A stretch of DNA of 64,000 nucleotides from Dendrobates tinctorius (taxonomy: Eukaryota): assembly GCF_039654945.1 (NCBI RefSeq), contig NW_027361726.1:8432001-8496000 (forward strand), in the 5' to 3' direction. Of this stretch, positions 59,001 to 64,000 are shown piece by piece; the stretch's first letter is position 1, and the number at the start of each line of letters is the position of its first letter. The translations under genes and the position numbers were made by a program. Below the pieces are notes generated by a model. That model did not search any database and was not told the DNA's origin. It saw nothing but the letters and a program-made list of their open reading frames with translations.

Positions 59001-59902
59001 GAGAGGCGGGATGGCTGAACGCGACGTCGGAAGGTGAGAATAACTATATTTTTTATTTTTTTTATTATTTTTTACACCTGATCGCTGGTCTCCCGCCTGT
59101 CACACACAGCGATGCGTGCTGGCCAGCGGGAGACCAGCGACCAAAGAAATGTCCAGAGATTTCTTGCAGCGATCAGCGATACCGGCAGGGGGGCCGCTCG
59201 CTGATCGCTGTCACACACAGCGATCTCGCTGGTGAGATCGCTGTTATGTCACAGAAGTTGTGACTCAGCAGCGATCTCGCTACCGAGATTGCTTAGTGAG
59301 ACGGGGCCTTTAGACTATACTCACCGGGGGGCGCGGTTGGGTGCGGTGGGTGTCGCGGTCCGGTGCCTCCCATCTTCTAGAGATGACGTCCTCCTTCTTA
59401 CTTCTGCCGCGGCTCCTGCGCAGGCGTACTTTATCTGCCCTATCGAGGGCAGAGTAAAGTACTGCAGTGCGCAGGTGCTGGGAAAGGTCAGAGTGGTCCG
59501 TCGCCTGCGCACTGCAGTACTTTACTCTGCCCTCAATGGGGCAGATAAAGTATGCCTGCGCAGGAGCTGCAGCAGAAGTAAGAAGGAGGACGTCATCATC
59601 GCTAGAAGATGGGAGGCGCTTTATGATTATATGTGAACAACTGCTTGATGTCATATGACATACTTGTTATCATTTAATAAAAAAATGTATCTGATTAAAA
59701 AAAGAAGATGGGAGGTGCCGGACCGCGACACCCATTGGACCAGGCGCCTGGGTGAGCATAATCTAACTCGTTTTTCTTATCTTTCAGGTTACATCGGGGG
59801 CTTATCTACAGCATTACAGAAGCGATAACGCAGCGCCCCCCGTACCTCGTCGTTATTGTTGTCGGATTCGGAGTCTGTGCTGGATTCCACTTTACATTTC
59901 CT
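56008..59902 (-). CDS. Uncharacterised spliced gene encoding an acidic/Ser-rich protein with a basic C-terminal NLS-like motif
   Basis: In-frame phase-0 exons 59902-59846 (RKCKVESSTDSESDNNNDE), 57937-57866 (GFGIEV...MDFQKLQ), 56861-56346 (FLDPYDGDSE...KRKWG...RRKKPRVSGYM) and 56013-56008 (T*), all with AG/GT boundaries. Minus-strand AATAAA at 55320-55315. The 5' end is unresolved. Confidence 0.62.
56885..57858. repeat. ~80-100-bp tandem satellite in an intron of the minus-strand gene
   Basis: About 11 copies of agagctgcactcactattctgctggtgcagtcactgtgtacatacattac...gagttacatcctgtattatactcc. Confidence 0.9.
58119..59820. mobile_element. Nested MITEs: T2/Kolobok-like host containing Harbinger MITE A (58250-59309), which contains Harbinger MITE B (58267-58661)
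   Basis: Host starts ttaaagggaatctgtcacc. A has TTA TSD and ggccccgtc.cactaagc TIRs. B has TAA TSD inside the left TIR of A. Confidence 0.8.
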
Positions 59903-60476
59903 CTTAAGACATAAAACAAACTGATTATTTCCCAAAACGGAAAAATAAAAATATATATAAAAAAAAAAAAAAAATCACACAACGCGACAAAACATGGTCA
60001 GAGGCTTTAACATAAGGCTGTACTATTGAAAGCCATCAGTAAGCATGTTAGTAACATGCTAAATGTGAGGCTTTAACATGAAGCCCACCTTTGTCTATTA
60101 GGTAGAAACCATCACCAAGCTTGTATGTAACATGCTGAAATGTGAGGCTTTCAGATAGTTCTTTGGTTTCTAGCTCGAAACTATCAGCAAGCATGTAAGC
60201 TGTTGCTGTTAGATTGTACTACAGTTTATAGCTTCAAAACCTGGTTCATAAAGATATTCATGAGCCATGCTAAGGAGGGGCAGAGGGGTATTGAACAGCC
60301 AATCATACCCCCCACGATGTACCGCAGCACTAAGCAGACACAAAAACAACAGATCCATTAACAGCAGCTTAATGTTTGTTTCCAGGTAACAACATGAGAT
60401 CTCGCACAAATGCAGGGAGGACATTTTTGAACCGAAAGCAAAGTCAACTTTTGAGGGAGCTCGGTTTAACAATTTC

Positions 60477-63400
60477 TACAGCCACCACTAAAGGATGCTC
60501 ACTACATACAGATTTATACAGCCACCACTAGAGGGAGCACACTACATAAAGACTTATACAGTCACCACTAGAGGGAGCTCACTACATACCGATATATGCA
60601 GCCACAACTAGAGGGAGCTCACTACATACAGATTTATACAGGTAGCACTGGAGGGAGATCAGTACTTACAGATTTACGGCAACCACTAGGTGGAACTCGG
60701 TGCACATAGATTTATACAGTCATCACTAGGCGGAGCTCAGTACATACAGATTTATACAGCCACCACTAGGTGGCGCGCACTGTATACAAATTTATACAGA
60801 GTCCACTAGGTGGAGCTCTGTGCAAAGATTTATACAGAGCTCACTAGGTGCTCAGTGCATATAGCTTTATACAGAGCCCACTAGGTGGAGCTCAGTACAC
60901 AGATTTATACAGTAACCACTAGGTGGAGCTAAGGGCATACAGATTTATACGGCCACCACTAGGCAAAGCTCACGGCATACAGATATATACAGTCACCACT
61001 AGAGGGAGCTCACTACATACCAATATATACACCAACAACTAGAGGGAACTCACTACATACACATTTATGCAGTCACCGCTAGAGGGAGCTCACTACATGC
61101 AGTTTATATAGCCAGCACACAAGGGAGATCAGTACATACAGATTTATGTCCACCACTGGGAGAGCTTCACTACATGCGGATTTATACTGCAATCACTAGG
61201 TGAAGCTCAGTGCATATAGATTTATACAGAACCCACTAAGTGGAGCTCACTACATACAGATTTATAGAGACTCCACTAGGTGGAGCTCAGTGCATACAGA
61301 TTTATACAGAGCCCACTAGGTGGAGCTCAGTGCATAGATTTATACACAGCCCACTAGGTGGAGCTCAGTACATATAGATTTATACAGAACACACTAGGTG
61401 AAGCTCAGTGCATATAGATTTATACAGAGCCCACTAGGTGGAGCTCAGTGCATATAGATTTACACAGAGCCCACTAGGTGGAGCTCAGTGCATACAGATT
61501 TATACAGAGCCCACTAGGTGGAGCTCAGTGCATACAGATTTATACAGAGCCCACTAGGTAGAGCTCAGTGCATAGATTTATACAGATCCCACTAGGTGGA
61601 GCTCAGTGCATACAGATTTATACAGAGCCCACTAGGTGGAGCTCAGTGCGATTTATACAGAGCCCACTAGGTGGAGCTCAGTGCATACAGATTTATACAG
61701 AGCCCACTAGGTGGAGCTCAGTGCATACAGATTTATACAGAGCCCACTAGGTGGAGCTCAATGCATACAGATTTATACAGAGCCCACTAGGTGGAGCTCA
61801 GTGCATATAGATTTATACAGAACACACTAGGTGGAGCTCAGTGCATACAGATTTATACAGAGCCCACTAGGTGGAGCTCAATGCATACAGATTTATACAG
61901 AGCCCACTAGGTGGAGCTCAGTGCATACAGATTTATACAGAGCCCACTAGGTGGAGCTCAATGCATACAGATTTATACAGAGCCCACTAGGTGGAGCTCA
62001 ATGCATACAGATTTATACACAGCCCACTAGGTGGAGCTCAGTGCATATAGATTTATACAGAGCCCACTAAGTGGAGCTCACTACATACAGATTTATAGAG
62101 ACTCCACTAGGTGGAGCTCAGTGCATACAGATTTATACAGAGCCCACTAGGTGGAGCTCAGTGCATACAGATTTATACAGAGCCCACTAGGTGGAGCTCA
62201 ATGCATACAGATTTATACAGAGCCCACTAGGTGGAGCTCAGTGCATATAGATTTATACAGAACACACTAGGTGAAGCTCACTACATACAGATTTATAGAG
62301 ACTCCACTAGGTGGAGCTCAGTGCATACAGATTTATACAGAGCCCACTAGGTGGAGCTCAGTGCATACAGATTTATACAGAGCCCACTAGGTGGAGCTCA
62401 ATGCATACAGATTTATACAGAGCCCACTAGGTGGAGCTCAGTGCATATAGATTTATACAGAACACACTAGGTGGAGCTCAGTGCATACAGATTTATACAG
62501 AGCCCACTAGGTGGAGCTCAATGCATACAGATTTATACAGAGCCCACTAGGTGGAGCTCAGTGCATACAGATTTATACAGAGCCCACTAGGTGGAGCTCA
62601 ATGCATACAGATTTATACAGAGCCCACTAGGTGGAGCTCAATGCATACAGATTTATACACAGCCCACTAGGTGGAGCTCAGTGCATATAGATTTATACAG
62701 AGCCCACTAAGTGGAGCTCACTACATACAGATTTATAGAGACTCCACTAGGTGGAGCTCAGTGCATACAGATTTATACAGAGCCCACTAGGTGGAGCTCA
62801 GTGCATACAGATTTATACAGAGCCCACTAGGTGGAGCTCAATGCATACAGATTTATACAGAGCCCACTAGGTGGAGCTCAGTGCATATAGATTTATACAG
62901 AACACACTAGGTGAAGCTCACTACATACAGATTTATAGAGACTCCACTAGGTGGAGCTCAGTGCATACAGATTTATACAGAGCCCACTAGGTGGAGCTCA
63001 GTGCATACAGATTTATACAGAGCCCACTAGGTGGAGCTCAATGCATACAGATTTATACAGAGCCCACTAGGTGGAGCTCAGTGCATATAGATTTATACAG
63101 AACACACTAGGTGAAGCTCACTACATACAGATTTATAGAGACTCCACTAGGTGGAGCTCAATGAATACAGATTTATACAGAGCCCACTAAGTGGAGCTCA
63201 CTACATACAGATTTATACACAGCCCACTAGGTGGAGCTCAGTGCATATAGATTTATACAGAACACACTAGGTGGAGCTCAGTGCATATATAAATTTATAC
63301 AGAGCCCACTAGGTGGAGCTCAGTGCATATAGATTTACACAGAGCCCACTAGGTGGAGCTCAGTGCAAGCAGATTTATACAGAGCCCACTAGGTGGAGCT

Positions 63401-64000
63401 CAGTGCATACAGATTTATTCAGAGCCCACTAGGTGGAGCTCAGTGCATATAGATTTATACAGAGACCGACTAGGTGGAGCTCAGTGAATATAGATTTACA
63501 CAGAGCCCACTAGGTGGAGCTCAGTTCATACAGACCTATACAGAGCCCACTAGGTGGAGCTCAGTGCACACAGATTTTTACAGAGCCCACTAGGTGGAGC
63601 TCAGTGCATATAGATTTATACAGAGCCCATTAGGTGGAGCTCAGTGCATATAGATTAATACAGAGCCCACTAGGTGGAGCTCAGTGCATACAGATTTACA
63701 CTGCCACCATTAGGCAAAGCTCACGGCATACATATATATACAGTCACCACTAGAGGGAGCTCACTACATACAGATGTATGCAGTCACCACTGTGGGTAGC
63801 ACAGTGCATACAGATTTATACAAACACCACTAGATGAAGCTCATTATATACCGATATTTACAGCCACCTCTAGAGGGAGCTCAGTACATACAGATGTATA
63901 CAGTCACTGCTAGAGGCAACTCACTACATACCAATATATACAGCCACCACTAGAGGTAGCTCACTACATACAGATTTATACAGCCAACAATAGGTGGAGC
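60477..64000. repeat. 40-bp satellite array (continues past the window end)
   Basis: About 85 copies of cccactaggtggagctcagtgcatacagatttatacagag; homogeneous core, diverged edges. Confidence 0.97.

Noticed and set aside
60209-60472. 87-aa minus-strand ORF as the first exon of the uncharacterised gene
   Set aside because: The best-looking donor (ccag|gtttt) is in the wrong phase for the next exon, and the alternative donor is weak. Left unresolved.
60477-64000. CRISPR-like array
   Set aside because: Head-to-tail eukaryotic satellite with no unique spacers and no cas genes.
33000-64000. HSP90AA1, the usual downstream neighbour of DYNC1H1
   Set aside because: No HSP90 motifs in any frame. It presumably lies beyond the window.

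Overview
Vertebrate genomic DNA. The repeat landscape (DIRS, L2, Penelope, Tc1, TTAA/TAA MITEs, satellites) suggests a frog, probably neobatrachian; this is an inference. Bases 1-32.8 kb hold the 3' ~70% of the cytoplasmic dynein-1 heavy chain gene (DYNC1H1, + strand): 61 exon positions from the distal tail/linker through AAA1-6, the stalk/MTBD and the C-terminal domain, ending at the stop at 32559. The main finding is that the 196-nt exon encoding MTBD helices H1-H4 is tandemly duplicated (15419-15614 and 15980-16175). The two copies have identical length and phases and intact splice signals, and show heavy silent divergence plus 20 amino-acid differences. This is the signature of a mutually exclusive exon pair giving dynein-1 two alternative microtubule-binding feet. 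The following intron carries a structurally complete DIRS1 element, a hammerhead-bearing inverted repeat and CTCF-like repeats. A candidate stop-containing exon lies just before the C-terminal cap exons. Bases 33-54 kb are nested transposons: L2 with a 2A-like motif, Penelope with hammerheads, an intact DD36E Tc1 and dead Tc1s. Bases 55-60 kb carry a small uncharacterised spliced gene on the - strand. Bases 60.5-64 kb are a 40-bp satellite made of CTCF-like motifs with higher-order structure.
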